This document shows, piece after piece, positions 63,926 through 64,000 of a DNA stretch of 64,000 bases (positions within the stretch are counted from its first letter, which is position 1; every line of letters starts with the position of its first letter). The position numbers and the translations under genes are program-made. Below the pieces are notes generated by a model. The model made no database searches, was not told where the DNA came from, and was given only the letters and a program-made list of their open reading frames with translations. The stretch is from Phoronis australis (Eukaryota; Animalia; Phoronida): assembly GCA_002633005.1 (NCBI GenBank), contig NMRA01000164.1:157085-221084 (forward strand). Reading direction: 5' to 3'.

Positions 63926-64000
63926 TGTTACTTGGCGGAATTCTTCCGCCAAGTATGTTGCTCTGACAGCAAGTTTTTTTTTTTTTTTTTTTTTTTTTTT
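63926..64000 (+). mobile_element. Terminus of a Helentron-like element (hairpin plus T-run) in the last COG7 intron
   Basis: gttacttggcggaattcttccgccaagtatgttgctctgacagcaag(T)n; same family as ~51345 and ~22760-22803. Confidence 0.65.

Overview
Eukaryotic, intron-rich, AT-rich animal DNA. Gene content and repeat types suggest a marine invertebrate deuterostome (inference). Most short ORFs in the track are spurious. By reading splice sites by hand I reconstructed five genes: (1) a complete 13-exon FET-family gene (FUS/EWSR1/TAF15/cabeza-like, 442 aa, minus strand, 3355-23490); (2) an intronless GDPGP1 (plus, 23895-24989) head-to-head with it; (3) a 4-coding-exon MARVEL-domain plasmolipin/CMTM-like gene (178 aa, minus, 31843-43565); (4) an intronless divergent actin-like gene (plus, 58619-59770); (5) the last coding exon of COG7 (minus, 63697-63863). 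Introns and intergenic DNA are full of nested non-autonomous DNA transposons. The most notable observations are a Helentron-like repeat carrying regularly spaced, co-oriented CTCF-consensus motifs, a minimal hammerhead ribozyme in a Penelope-like remnant, and a FUS exon-7-like 32-nt frame-shifting micro-exon between two long introns. Also seen: a ~780-bp direct duplication bracketing the FET+GDPGP1 pair, THAP remnants in Kolobok-like elements, and local duplications that preserve empty insertion sites. All calls were made by eye and no database searches were run.
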